DNA of 64,000 bases from Mobula hypostoma. Taxonomy: Eukaryota. The stretch spans positions 197,906,001 through 197,970,000 of the forward strand of contig NC_086097.1 of the NCBI RefSeq assembly GCF_963921235.1, read 5' to 3'. The notes below the pieces were generated by a model. It was not told where the DNA came from. It was given only the letters and a program-made list of their open reading frames with translations, and did no database searches. The translations under genes were made by a program, and so were the position numbers. How positions within the stretch are numbered: position 1 is the first letter of the stretch; every line of letters begins with the position of its first letter. Shown here piece after piece: positions 49,514 through 62,449 of this stretch.

Positions 49514-50810
49514 CACCCTGGAGAGACTTGTTCTGGAGCTGCTCTGGCCTATGGTCAGGCCACACTTAGATCCCCTCCAGTTCACCTACCAGCCCTGACT
49601 AGGAGTTGAGGATGCCATCATCTACCTGCTGAACCTTGTCTACGCTGAACTGGACAAGCCAGCAAGCACTGTGGGGGTCATGTTTTTTGACTTCTCCAGT
49701 GCGTTCAACACCATCCACCCTGCTCTGCTGGGGGAGAAGCTGACAGCGATGCAGGTGGATGCTTCCCTGGTATCATGGATTCTTGATTACCTGACTGGCA
49801 GACCACAGTACGTGTGCTTGCAACACTGTGCGTCCGACAGAGTGATCAGCAGCACTGGGGCTCCACAGAGGACTGTCTTTTCTCCCTTTCTCTTCACCAT
49901 TTACACCTCGGACTTCAACTACTGCACAGAGTCTTGTCATCTTCAGAAGTTTTCTGATGATTCTGCCATAGTTGGATGCATCAGCAAGGGAGATGAGGCT
50001 GAGTACAGGGCTATGGTAGGAAACTTTGTCACATGGTGGGAGCAGAATTATCTGCAGCTTAATGTGAAAAAGACTAAGGAGCTGGTGGTAGACCTGAGGA
50101 GAGCTAAGGTACCGGTGACCCCTGTTTCCATCCAGGGGGTCAGGGTGGACATGGTGGAGGATTACAGATACCTGGGGATATGAATTGACAATAAACTGGA
50201 CTGGTCAAAGTACACTGAGGCTGTCTACAAGAAGTGTCAGAGCCGTCTCTATTTCCTGAGGAGACTGAGGTCCTTTAACATCTGCCGGACAATGCTGAGG
50301 ATGTTCTATGAGTCTGTGGTGGCCAGTGCTATTATGTTTGCTGTTGTGTGCTGGGGCAGCAGGCTGAGGGTAGCAGACACCAGCAGAACCAGCAAACTCA
50401 TTCATAAGGCCAGTGATGTTGTGGGGATGGAACTGGACTCCCTGACGGTGGTGTCTGAAAAGAGGATGCTGTCCAAGTTGCATGCCATCTTGGACAATGT
50501 CTCCCATCCACTACATAATGTACTGGTTGGGCACAGGAGTACATTCAGCCAGAGACTCATTCCACCGAGATGCAACACAGAGCGTCATAGGAAGTCATTC
50601 CTGCCTGTAGCCATCAAACTTTACAACTCCTCCCTTGGAGGGTCAGACACCCTGAGCCAATAGGCTGGTCCTGGACTTATTTCCTGGCATAATTTACATA
50701 TTACTATTTAACTATTTATGGTTTTTTTACTATTTAATTATTTATGGTGCAACTGTAACGAAAACCAATTCCCCCCGGGATCAATAAAGTATGACTATGA
50801 CTATGACTAT
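49514..50810 (+). mobile_element. Young Rex1/Babar LINE RT portion, single reading frame with two TGA stops
   Basis: LDPLQFTYQP, MFFDFSSAFNTI, STGAPQRTVFSP, QKFSDDSAIVG, RHRKSFLPVAIKLYN; aataaag(tatgac)n tail. Confidence 0.93.
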
Positions 50811-51664
50811 ATGGTGTGTCTTACCAAGGTTATAAGGTCAGAGAGCTTTCTTCACTCCATTTTCTGTGGTTTATGCAAAAATAAAAAACCTAGATTTGAG
50901 AACTATTTTTGCTAAGCTAAGCTTTTTCAAAGAATCTTTTTTTCTGCATATTTCCCTTGCCTTTAAAATTGGTTGTGAGTCTATCTTATCCACCAAAATA
51001 AATTATCTGCAGAACTCTGACTTTCAATTTGAAATCTAGATTGAAACCATTTCCCTTTAAATGGTTGTTAAACTATAGCAATTGGTCTGATGAAAATTTA
51101 ACAACTACCTACACCTAATTAATTGCAGCTTCTGTTTGAAAATAAATGTTCTCAAGCTGCATATTCATCTTCAGATTTATTCCATATACCATCATATGTA
51201 TCTTCAGATGAAACTCAAAAGCATTTTTGTTTATTTCATGAGATAGAATTAGAGCCCTTGATCACATCAAAAGAACTTATGGTCCAAAACTACATACAAT
51301 TAAAAGCAAAAGATTGCTTCCATTATGCCAGATGGAACAAGGGAGATTGATATTCTTCTTCCGTTTAGTGTCACCTGCCTTTACCTTTCCATTACTTGAT
51401 GATCGCTGAAAAGTAAAACCTCATCAGGTAGAGTGTTCCATATCTTGGAAGGTACAACAGAATTATATTCTACTGTATGTAAGCATATCTTCTAAAGGAA
51501 ATATGTATAAAGCTTGTTGAAAATATTCTGTAGAGCTTCCCCTGATAGCCTGCTGGTGAACTGTTGTGATTAAAAAAAAACAGATTTGAACTTGTTTCTG
51601 TGTGCTCTTGTGCATTTGGTAACACAGCATAGAAACGCCACTCTGGAGCTTAATGTTTTTATAA

Positions 51665-51800
51665 AGGGGGAGATTGTCCGGGTTCCTGCTCCAGATTCCA
51701 ATCCAATGACCCTGTTGGCAGTGGATGAACAAGATTAACCATTTTTAATCTGGTGTGAACAGGATTAACTGTTTTTCCAGTGATTTCCATGACCAAACTA
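51665..51800 (+). mobile_element. Possible ancient SINE relic (AmnSINE2-like by recall)
   Basis: ccgggttcctgctccagattccaatccaatgaccctgttgg resembles a recalled ancient vertebrate SINE core; short and diverged. Confidence 0.25.
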
Positions 51801-52554
51801 CTCTTTCATCCAAGACCATGCATGGTCTTGCCTAAAGACTACTCATGCAGACCCCTTCAGGAATGAAGAAAACTGGTGGCAAAAACCACTGTTGTTCATC
51901 TAGTTTAAATGAACATCCAGCTACAAATTTTATATTAAACTACAAATAATTTCCAAACATTAAAAAACTGGAAGATTCTACAATGATTCCTATATGTGAA
52001 GGAAATTTATTAATTTTAAATTTGTGCCCAGTTTCGGGGCACATATATTCAATCCTAAAATAAATTGTTGTAAGTCAATTGTTTTTCAGAACATTTATTT
52101 TTGAGAACATTAACTTTTAAATATCTTTGTTTCACCACATTTCTTAATATGTGATTCCATAATTGATTAAAGATATTGTCACAGACTATTATAACAGCTG
52201 AGTTTTGTTTGTGTAAATTGAGCCTAAGAATAGAAAGAAAGGAGAAAAAAGCAGAGGGTAGTGGGAGAATAATATAAAGACAAAAGAAGAGAGCGTGATT
52301 AAAAAAGGGAAGTTTTAGAAGAAAAGTAGAGTCAAGAAAATCAGGGAAACTGATGAAAGCTGGGTGATGCCCAGCTAAAGTGGAGGAAGGAGGAAGTGGG
52401 CTAGACTCTGTGAGATACACTATCTACACAACCAATGGGAAAGGCAACAAAAAGAGAAAATTACCTCTATCAAAAAGAGGGAGAGAGAGAGGGGGGATAG
52501 GGGTGCTGGTGTGGATGGAGATATAGTATAAAAGGGAATGAGAAAGGGTAGAGA

Positions 52555-52700
52555 CATGACACTGCAGATGTTTGAATCAGGAGCAACAAATAATTTGGTA
52601 AAGGATCTCAGAAGGTTGAGCAGTATCTGTAGGAGGAAAGCAATTGTCCTGTTGAAGGGTATTGACCTAAAACATCAGCAATTCATTTGTCCCTGCAGAT
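52555..52700 (+). mobile_element. Old Penelope-type fold-back relic with a broken hammerhead core
   Basis: ctgcagatg (52562) ... ATTGTC-CTGTTGA-AGGGTATTGACCT-AAAACATC-AGCAAT (52643-52682). Confidence 0.5.
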
Positions 52701-52859
52701 AATTTCAAGCGATGAGTTCAAACAGCAAATTATTGATGAAAGTGGTTATCACTGGTTTATCATTGTTCACCTGCTAAAACAGAGGAATTCCAGGGCTGTC
52801 ATGTCGGGACTACTATCTATGTCACGTGCTGGTGAGAAATAGATACATAGTGTAGTTGA

Positions 52860-53720
52860 GCATGTGGCTAAGGAGCAGGTGCAGGAGGGAGGGCTTCAGA
52901 TTTATGGAACATTAAGATCTCTCCCAGAGCAGGTGGGACCCATACAAATAAGACTATTTGCACCAGAACTGGAGGGAAACCAATATCCTTGCCGGAAGGT
53001 TTATGAGTGCTACTCAGAAGATATAAGCTAGAGTGACAGGGGAGGGGTGGTGGGTGTGAATCACAGTAGCAGGGCAATAGGCAGTAGTTGAGATTCGAGA
53101 AATATTATATGACAAGACAGACAGGAAAGAAAGTAAGGGTAAGCATGGTGGACAAACATATTGGGATTGATGGGTTGAACTGTGTTTATTTCAAAACCAG
53201 GAGGATGAACTTAGAATAATACATGGAATTAAAATATTGTTGCCATTACAGGGATATGGTTTTGTGAGGATCAGGACAGGCAGCACAACACTCCTGGGTT
53301 TCATTGTTTTTTGACATAATAAAAAGGGAGGGTTAAAAGAGTTGGTGGGGTTTTACTACTGATAAGGGAGAACATCACAGCATTACTAGGAGAGGACATA
53401 CTGGAGGGCTCATCCACAGAGGCAATTTTACAGAGTTCAGAACTAAGATAGGTGCAGTTATGCTGATAGGATCATACTATATCCCCTCCCCCCCCCCCCC
53501 CACTATAGCCTCCAAGGAGCAGAGGAGGAGATAGGTAGACAGGTTATGGAAAGGAAGGTGATGAAGCAACAGAGTTGTTATAATGGGGCATTTGGCTTCC
53601 TCAGTATTGACTAGAACTACCTTAATGCAAAAAGCTTAGATGGGAGGGTTTTTTCAGTGCACCCAAGAGGGGTTCTTGAAATACAGTAATATATAGCGAG
53701 AACATCCTGGGTGTACTTTG
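52860..53720 (+). mobile_element. Old CR1 5' portion (ORF1 end and endonuclease start)
   Basis: tggctaaggagcaggtgcaggagggagggcttcagattt (SGNH ORF1 end), gttgccattacagggatatgg (AITETW-like), ataatggggcatttggcttcc (GDFN-like). Confidence 0.65.
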
Positions 53721-53729
53721 GAAATAAGA

Positions 53730-56700
53730 CTTTAAGACATAGAGCCATTCAGCCAATTGAGTCTGCTCTACTATTCAATCATGGTTTATCCCAGATCCCA
53801 CTCAATCCCATACACCTGCCTTCTTGTCATATCTCTTGATGCCCTGACCAATCAAGAAACTATCAATTTTTGCTTTAAATATACCCACTGTCTTGGCCTC
53901 CACAGCTGTCTGTGGCAGAGAATTCCACAGATTCACAACTCTCTGGCTAAAAGAATTCATCCTTACCTCTGTTCTAAAGGGTCACCACTCAATTTTGAGG
54001 CTGTGCCCTCTAGTTCTGGATATGCCACCAGAGGAAACATCTTCTCCACATCCACCCTATCTGGTCCTTTCAACATTTGGTAGGATTCAATGAGATGCCC
54101 CATATTCTTTCAAATACCAGTGAGTACAGGCTCCAAAGCTCCTAAATGCTTCTCATATGTTAACCCCTTCATTCCCAGAATCATCCTCGTGAACCTTCTC
54201 TGAACTTCCTCCAATGACAGCACATCTTTTCTGAGACATGGGGTCCAAAACTGTTGACATTACTCCAGTTGTGCCCTTACCAGTGTCTTATAAAGCCTCA
54301 GCATTATCTTCCTGTTTTTATATTCTATTCCCCTTGAAATGAATGCCAACATTGCATTTGCCTTCGTTACCACAAACTCAACCTGTAAATTTAACATGGC
54401 ACGAGTCTTGCATGAGGACTCCTAACTCCCTTTGTGCCTCTGATGTTTGAATTTTCTCCCCATTTAGATACTTTTGCTCCTTTCACCAAAATGCATTATC
54501 ATACATTTCCAACACTGTATTCCATCTGCCACTTTTTTGCCCGTTCTTCCAATTTGTTTAGGACCTTCTGCAATCGCACTGCTTTCTCAGCACTAACTAC
54601 CCTTCCACCTATCTTTGTACCATCTATAAACTTTTTAACAAAGTCATCAATTCAATTATCTACGTCGTTGACAAACAATGTGAAAAGTAGCGGTCCCAGT
54701 GCTGACCAGTGAGAAACACCAATAGTCACCAGCAGCCACCCAGAAAAGGCCCCTTTTATACCCACTCATTGCCTCCTGCCTGTCAGCCATTCCTCTATCA
54801 TTGCCAGTATCTTTCCTGTAACGCCATGAGATTTTATCTTGTTAAGCAGCCTCATATATGGCACCTTATCAAATACCTTCTGAAAATCTAAGTAAGTGAC
54901 ATCCACTGCCTCTCCTTTGTCCACCCTGCTTGTTACTTCCTCAAGGAACTCTTAACAGATTCGTCAGGCAAGATTTCCCTTTATAGAAACCATGCTGACT
55001 TTGACTTATTTTATGATTAGTCTCCAAGTACCCCGAAACCTCATCCTCAATAATAGACTCCAACACTTTCCCAACCATTGAGGTTAGGCTAACTGGCCTA
55101 TAATTTCCTTTCTTTTGCCTTCCTCCCTTTTTAAAGAGTGGAGTGACATTTGCAATTTTCCAGTCCTCCGGAACCATCCCAGAATCAAGAGATTCTTGAA
55201 AGATCACAACCAATGCATTTGTTATTTCTTCAGCAACCTCTCTCAGGACTCTGGGATGTAGTCCATCTGGTCCAGGTGACTTATCCAACTTAAAACCTTT
55301 CAGTTTGCCTAGCACTTTTTCCTTTGTAACAGCAATGGCAATCGCTTCTGCTCTCTGACGCTCACAGACCTCTGGCATACAGCTGGTGTCTTCCACAGTC
55401 TGTCCCCAATTATTATCTCACCAGTATTATTTTCCAGTGGTCCAATACCAACTTTCACCCTTTTACTACTTATATAACTGAAAATACTTTTAGTATCCTG
55501 CTTTATATTATTGGCTAGTTTGCCATCTTTTCCCTTATAGCTGTTTTTGGTTACCTTTTGTTGGATTTTAAAAACTTCCGAATCATCCAACTTCTCACTC
55601 ACTTTTGCTACATTATATGCCCTTTCCTTGGCTTTTATGCAGTTCTTAACTTTCCTTTTCAGTCACAGTTGCCTACCTCTGCCTTTTGAAAACAACTTCT
55701 TCTGTGGGACATATCTATCCTGTGCCTTATGAACTATTCCCAGAAACATCAGCCATCTTTCTCTGCTGCCATACTTGCCAGTAACCACCTCCAATCCACC
55801 TGGGCAAGCTCCTCTCTCATGCCTCTGTAATTCCCTTTGTTCAATTACGATACTGATATATCTGACATGCTTCTCCCTCTCAAATTTAGTATGAATTCAA
55901 TAATATTACGATCACTGCCTCCTAAGAGTTCATTTACCGTAAGCTCCCTAATAAAATCAGGATTATTGCACAACACCCAATCTAACACAACCTTTCCCCA
56001 AGTAGGCTCAAGCACAAGTTGCTCGACATTCAACAAATTCCCCCTTTTGTGATCTGACACCAACCTGATTTTCCAATCCCCTTGCATATTGACACCCCCC
56101 ATTACAATTATAACATTACCCTTATTATATGCCCTTTCTAACTCCATTTGCAATCTCAATCCACATCTTGGCTATTATTTGGAACTTATATACGATTCTC
56201 ATAATGTTTTTTTACCCTTGCAGTTTCTTAACTCCACCCACAAAGATTCAACAGTCTCTGGCCTTATGTCACTTCTTTCTAAAGAGGTAATCCCATCTCT
56301 TACCAACAAAGCCACCCCACTGCCTTTGCCTTCCTGTCTGCTTTTTCGATACGAAGTATATCCTTTGATATTAAGCTCCCAACTATGACCTTCTTCAGCC
56401 ATGTCCCAGTGATGCCCACAAAGTCATACTGACCAATCTCTAATTGCACCACCCTCTTCTGAATACTATGTGCATTTAAATACAGCAGCTACAGTCCTGT
56501 ATTCTTAACCCTTTTGAATTTTGCCTCTGTGGTACAATTTAACTCTTTGCACTGTCTGCATTGTACTCGATCATTCCTTCATATTACACCCGTCATCTAC
56601 TTGTAAACCTGTTGGCTCATCCTCAGCTCTATCATCTTGGTTCCCATCCCCCGGCCATATTGGTTTAAACCAATCCCAACAGCTCTAGTAAATCTGTCTG

Positions 56701-57700
56701 CAAGAATATTAGTTCTCCTCAGATTCATGTGCAACCCATCCCTTTTGCACAGGTCCCACATTTCCCAAAAGAGGTCCCAATTATCCAGAAATCCCTGCCC
56801 CCGTTCCAATTCTTCAGCCACGCATTTATCTACCACCTCATTTTACTCCTATCCTCACTGTCGTGTAGCACAGGCAGCAATCCTGACAACACTACCCTTG
56901 AGGTCCTGCTTCTCAATTTCCTTTCTAACTCTCTGTGTTCTGTTTTCAGGACCTCCTCCCTTTTTCTACCTATGTCATTAATACCAATATGTACCATGAC
57001 TTCTAGCTGCCTATTCTCTCTTTTCAGGATATTATGGACATGTTCAGAAACATCACGAACATTGGCACCTGGGAGTCAAATTACCAGCTGTGTTTATTTT
57101 TTGCATCCACGGAATTGCCTATCTGTCCCCCTAATATATACAGAGTCCCCTATTACTGCTGGCATCCTCTTTGGTTTCCTACCCTTTTGAGCCACAGGGC
57201 TAGACTCTGTGCCAGAGGCATGTCTGCTGTTGCTTCCCCAGGTAGAACCTGCAACCCTGCCCCAAACAGTACTCAAAATGGAGTACTTATTGTTGAGGGA
57301 GACAGCAACAGGTATGCTCTCTTTATCTGATGTTTTCTTTCCCTCGCTTGACAGTTACCCGTTTATATGTTTCCAGGAGCCTTGGGGTCACTACCTCCTA
57401 TCACATTCTCACTTTCCCTAGCAAGCCGAAGGTCATCAAGCTGCAGCTCCAGTTCTCTAACATGGTCTCTAGGAGCCATATCTTGATGTACCTGGTGCAG
57501 ATATGGCCATCCGGGAGACTGGAAGTCTCCTGGAAATCTGACACCCAGAACAGTAAACTGGCCTTGCAGATATACCCCCTATTCTTTGAAGAGTTAAATA
57601 AGAAAAAGAAAGAGGAAAAAAACCCTACCTACTCTCTACCTGTTCTTGCCGAAACCTGCTGAGCCAAAGCTTGACCACTCTGACTCAGCCCACTCCAATG
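53730..57700 (-). mobile_element. Near full-length decayed CR1 (5' UTR, SGNH-esterase ORF1, ORF2)
   Basis: ORF1 AVIGDS..IRGTDRQF, FLDNWDLFW..KRDGLH; ORF2 WELNIKGYTSYRK, ESLWVELRN, KSPGPDGLHPRVL, QSQHGFYKGKSCLTNLL. Confidence 0.9.
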
Positions 57701-57802
57701 ATGACCGCTTCTACTGCATTTGCCAGGCCAAGTGATAGACCTGGTAGTGTGTGAATGTCTTGGAAATAGTGACCACTATTTTAGATAGAAACAATAATAT
57801 AG

Positions 57803-58285
57803 TTATAGAATCATAGAAAACTGCAGCACAGAAACAGGCCCTTCGGCTCATCGAATCTTTGCGGAACCTTTTAAACTGTCTACTCCCTTGACCTCCACCC
57901 CGACCATAGTCCTCCATCCATGTACCTATCCAGACTTCTCTTAAACATTGAAATTGAAATCGCATCTACCACTTGCACTGGCAGTTCATTCCACATACTC
58001 AGTGCCCTCTAAATGAAGAAGTTTTCCCTCATGTTCCCCCTCAAACATTTCACCTTTTACCCTTAACCATGACCTCCAGTTGTAGTCTCAGCCAACATCA
58101 ACGGAAAAGTCTGCTTGCATTTACCCTACCTATACCCCTCATAATTTTATATACCTCTATCAAATTTCCCTTCAGACTTCTACATTCAATATTTCCTTAT
58201 AACTCAAGTCCTCCAGTTCCAACAACATCCTTGTAAATGTTCCTTGTACTCTTTCAAGCTTATTAACATCTTTCCTGTAGAGAGG
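57803..58285 (-). mobile_element. CR1 3' fragment
   Basis: tatagaatcatagaa tail; homologous to 13232-13740. Confidence 0.85.
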
Positions 58286-58289
58286 CGTC

Positions 58290-59450
58290 CAATTTTAATT
58301 TTAATTTATTCATTTATGGGATATGGGTGTCACCAGCTCAGTCAGCATTTATTTCCCATCCCCAGTTGCCCTTGAGAAGGTGGTGATGAGATGCCTTCTT
58401 GAACCACTGCAGTCCCTGAGGTTAGGTACACCCACAGTGCTGCTAGTGAAGGAATTCCATGATTTTGACCCAGTGACAATGAAGGAATGGTGATATGCTT
58501 CCAAGTTAGGATGGTGAGTGACTTGGAGGGGGATTTACAAGTGGTGGTGTTCCCAGATATCTGCTGTTCTCGTGCTTCTAGATGGTCGTGGGTCTGGAAG
58601 GTGCTGCCTTAAGAACTTTGGTGAGTTGGCGCAGTGCATCTTGTGGATAGTACACACTGCTGCAAATGTTCGATAGTGGAGGGATTGGATGCTTGTGGAA
58701 GGGGTTCCAATCAAGTGGGCTGCCTTGTAGTCAATGGTGTCAAGCCTCTTGAGTGTTGATGGAGCTGTACTCATCCAGGTAAGTGGCGAGTATTCCATTA
58801 CATTCCTGACCTGAGCCTTGTAAGTGGTGTACAGGTTTGGGGAATCAGAAGGTGAGTTACACACTGCAGGATTCCTAGCCTTTGACCTGCTCTGGTACCC
58901 ACGGTATTTATATGGCTAGACCAGTTCAGTTTCCTGTCAATGGTAACCCCCAGGATGTTGATAGGAGGGGATTCAATGATGGTGATGCTACTGAATGTCA
59001 AGGGATGATGGTTAGAGCCTTTCTCGTTGGAGATGGTCATTGCCTGGCACTTGTTTGGCTCGAATGTTACTTGCCACTTGTCAGCCCAGGTCTGGATGTT
59101 GTCCAGGTCCTGCTGCATTTGGGGATGAACTGCTTCGCTATCTGAGGATTCACGAATGGTACAGAACATTGTGCAGTCATCTGCGAAGGTCCCCACTTCT
59201 GACCTTATGACGGAAGGAAGGTCATTGATGAAACAGCTGAAGATGGTTGTTCTTAGGACACTTCCCTAAGGAACTCCTGCAGTGATGTCCTGAGGATGAG
59301 ATGATTGACCTCCAACCACCACAACCTTTGTGTCAGGTATGGTTCCAATCAGTGAAGGGTTTCCCTCCAAATTCCCATTGACTCCATTTTAGCGAGGGCA
59401 CCTTGATGCCATACTTGGTCAAATACTGCCTTGATGTTGAGTGCTATCCC
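58290..59450 (-). mobile_element. CR1/L2-group LINE (family B) 3' portion
   Basis: KAVFDQVWHQG, TFADDCTMF, YKAQVRNVMEYSPLTW; colinear with 5545-6702. Confidence 0.88.
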
Positions 59451-59649
59451 TATTGTTTTAACTATACAATTATAAAGAAGGACACAATAAATAAACTGAA
59501 TATAAACTCTACCTACAGCTTCTTGCCTTTTCTCACCCAAACCTCTCCTTGCTGTAGCTTCAACGCTGAAGCCCCAGATCGCCATCTAACACTGTCCACT
59601 CCAACAAAGGCCGCTCCGCTTGCCCCTGCCTTATTTCTATTTGCCCTTG

Positions 59650-59890
59650 CTGATGAATCCTGATCCCTGACTGGCTGCTGTTCAAACACCGAAACTCCCA
59701 CAAAGTGCTGCTTTTTCATGAACACTTGCCAACCTCTGTGAGTCATCTCTTCTTGTGCTCCCAATCTCTGATTGGTCGTTGTTCAAATTCCAAAACTCCT
59801 GTGAAGCACTGTTTTTTAATGCACACTTGCTGACCTGTGTGAGTCACCTTTTCTCTCACTCATGATCTCTGATTGGTCATTGTTAAAATA
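59650..59890. repeat. ~100-bp tandem monomers (about 2.5 copies) with AP-1 and CCAAT motifs, in a CR1 5'-UTR-like segment
   Basis: TGAGTCA at 59739 and 59840; CTGATTGGTC at 59768 and 59869; acacttgc is repeated 101 bp apart. Confidence 0.55.
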
Positions 59891-60491
59891 CATGAAAATA
59901 TGAAGAGAATGGGGGTGGGGGATACAGATGACGCATGTGAGGAGGATATTTAGTCTAAATTGGCATCTTGGACAAATTGCTTGTCCAGTGCCATACTGTT
60001 CTATGAACCAATCTGCTGAGAGGGTGTCTTTTTTTGTGTAGAATATCATCTGGGACAAAGGATTTTAAAAGGAAAATATTTTCTTATAAATGTTCACTTC
60101 CATAATTTGGATCATAACTTTTCCCAAAGCCCTGTTACAAACCATACCACAGAGTAAATAGGTAAGAAGAGAAACCTTTAACATATTAGGAAATCTGTCA
60201 CCTGTAGAGTCTCAATATAGACTAACAATTATTTTGTTCTTTTCATATTTGCCATTCAACACCATAGAATAGACAGACAAATTGTATATTTTGTCTAAAA
60301 TGTGTGTAGATGTATCAACACAGAAATTTAAAAAAAACTGTACCTCTTCCGATAACAGAACAGATCACAGGCCAGTAAAATAAACTTTTATCCATAAAGG
60401 TGAAAAGGAAACTGTATTTCTAATGCATTCTGCTTCTCTTAGGAGTGCTTATTACCTCTGCTAATCTGGCATGTTTGTAGCGGTGGTTTCT

Positions 60492-60795
60492 GAATCAGAA
60501 TCAAATCTATTAACACTGGAATTTGTTGTTTTGAGGCAGGAGTACAATTCAAAATCATAAAAATCTATAAGTTACAAAAAGAAATAGTGCAAAAAAAGGA
60601 ATAACAAGGTGGTGTTCATTGGTTCATAGACCATTCCAAAATCAGATGGCGGATGGGGAGACATCGTCCCTGAAGTGTTGGGTACAGGCTCTTGTACCTC
60701 ATCCCTGATGGTAGTAGAGGACATGTCCCAGATGGTGAAGCTTTATGATGATTGATGCCGCCTTCTTGGGGCACTATCTCTTAAAAATATCAATG
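60492..60795 (-). mobile_element. Rex1/Babar 3' fragment
   Basis: gaatcagaatcaaa tail; ttgtacctcatccctgatggtag, gatgccgccttcttg. Confidence 0.75.
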
Positions 60796-61380
60796 ATAGA
60801 GCCATAGAACACTACAGCACAGAAACAGGCCTTTCAGCCCATCTAGTCCATGTCAATTCCTATTAAATTGCACCCAGACCATAGCCTTCCATACTCCTCC
60901 CATCCATGTACCTATCTAGATACCTTGCAAATTTTGAAATCAATCATAAATCTATCACTTCCACTGGCAGCTCATTGCATACTCTCACCACACTCTGAGT
61001 GAAGAGCTTTCCCCCATGTTCCCCTTAAACATTTCACCTTTCACATTTAACCCATGAGCTTTAGTTGGAGTCTCAACCAACCTCAGTGAAAAAAGCCTTC
61101 TTCCATTTGCCATACTATACCCCTCAATTTTGTATACCTCTTTCAAATCCTCCCTCATTCTTCTACGCTCTAGGGAATAAAGTCCAAACCTGTTCAACAT
61201 TGCCCTACAATTCCAGGCAACATCCTTGTAAATTTTCTCTGCACTCTTTCAAAATTATTGGTATCTTTCCTGTAGGTAGGGAACCAGTACTGCATACAGT
61301 ACTCCAAATTAGGCCTCACCAATGTCTTATACAACTTCTCCATAACATCCCACCTCTCAAACTCAATACTTAGTTTTATG

Positions 61381-62449
61381 TTGACAATCAACACTGGTGC
61401 ACCTCAGGGATGTGTGCTTAGCCCACTGCTCTACTCTCTCTGTACCCATGACTACGTAGCTAATAATAATAATAGCCATCTGTTAGTCTCATGAGACCAT
61501 GGATTTGCGACTTGGAAGGTTGTATGGAAGACCAGCAGTTGCCCATGCTGCAAGTCTCCCCTCTCCACGCCACCGATGTTGTCCAAGGGAACGGCACTAG
61601 GGCCAATACAGCTTGGCACCGGTGTCGTCACAGAGCAATGTGTGGTTAAGTGCCTTGCTCAAGGACACAACACTGCCTCATCTGAGGCTCGAACTAGCAA
61701 CCTTCAGGTCACTAGACTGACGCCTTAACCACTTGGCCACACTCCGAGGGATCAGAACTGGAGAGATTGAGCAATTTCAAGTTCCTGGGTGTCAAGATCT
61801 CTGAGGTTCTAACTTGGCCCCAAAATATTGATGCAGCTATAAAGAAGGCAAGACAGTGGCTATATTTCATGAGGAGTCTGAGGAGATTTGGTTTGTCACC
61901 TAAAATGCTCAAAAACCTCTACAGATGTACCACGGAGAGTATTCTAACCTGCTGCATCACCATCTTGTGGGGGGTCGGGGGGCACTACCGCACAGGATCG
62001 AAGTAGGTTGCAGAAAGTTATAAAATTAGTCAGTTCCACCATGGATACTGGTCGCCGTAGTAACCAAGACATCTTCAAGAAGCGGTGTCTCAGAGAGGCA
62101 GCATCCATTATTAAGGACCCCCATCACCCAGGATATGCCCTCTTCTCATTCTTACATCAGGAAGGAGGTACAGGTCCCTAAAGGCACACATGGAGTGATT
62201 CAGGAACAGTTTCTTCCCCTCTGCTGTATGATTTCTAAATAGACATTGAACCCATGAACACTACCTTGATACTAATTTTTTAGTTCTGTTTGTGCACTAA
62301 CTTATTTTAAATTAACTATTTAATATACATATATAACTATTGTAATTCAGTTTCTTTTCTATATTGATCATGTATTGCATTGTACTGCTACTACAAAGTT
62401 AACAACTTTCATAACATATGCCAGTGATATTAAACCTGATTCTGAGTCA
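61381..62449 (+). mobile_element. Rex1/Babar 3' portion (same subfamily as 20491-21552), interrupted by a SINE
   Basis: tcaacactggtgcacctcagg, NFKFLGVKISEVLTWP..KKARQWLYF; ctgattctga tail. Confidence 0.9.
61461..61745 (-). mobile_element. tRNA-derived SINE, type B
   Basis: Minus strand GGAGTGTGGCCAAGTGG (A box) ... AGTTCGAGCC (B box); body near-identical to 16280-16587; (TTA)n tail. Confidence 0.92.

Noticed and set aside
52055..52420. 121-aa hydrophobic ORF
   Set aside because: It arises from a purine-rich low-complexity tract on the opposite strand; no recognisable domain or splice context
53483..53501. Poly-C tract (and G-rich tract 4543-4560) as functional G-quadruplexes
   Set aside because: Homopolymer expansions within decayed TEs, with nothing to indicate function
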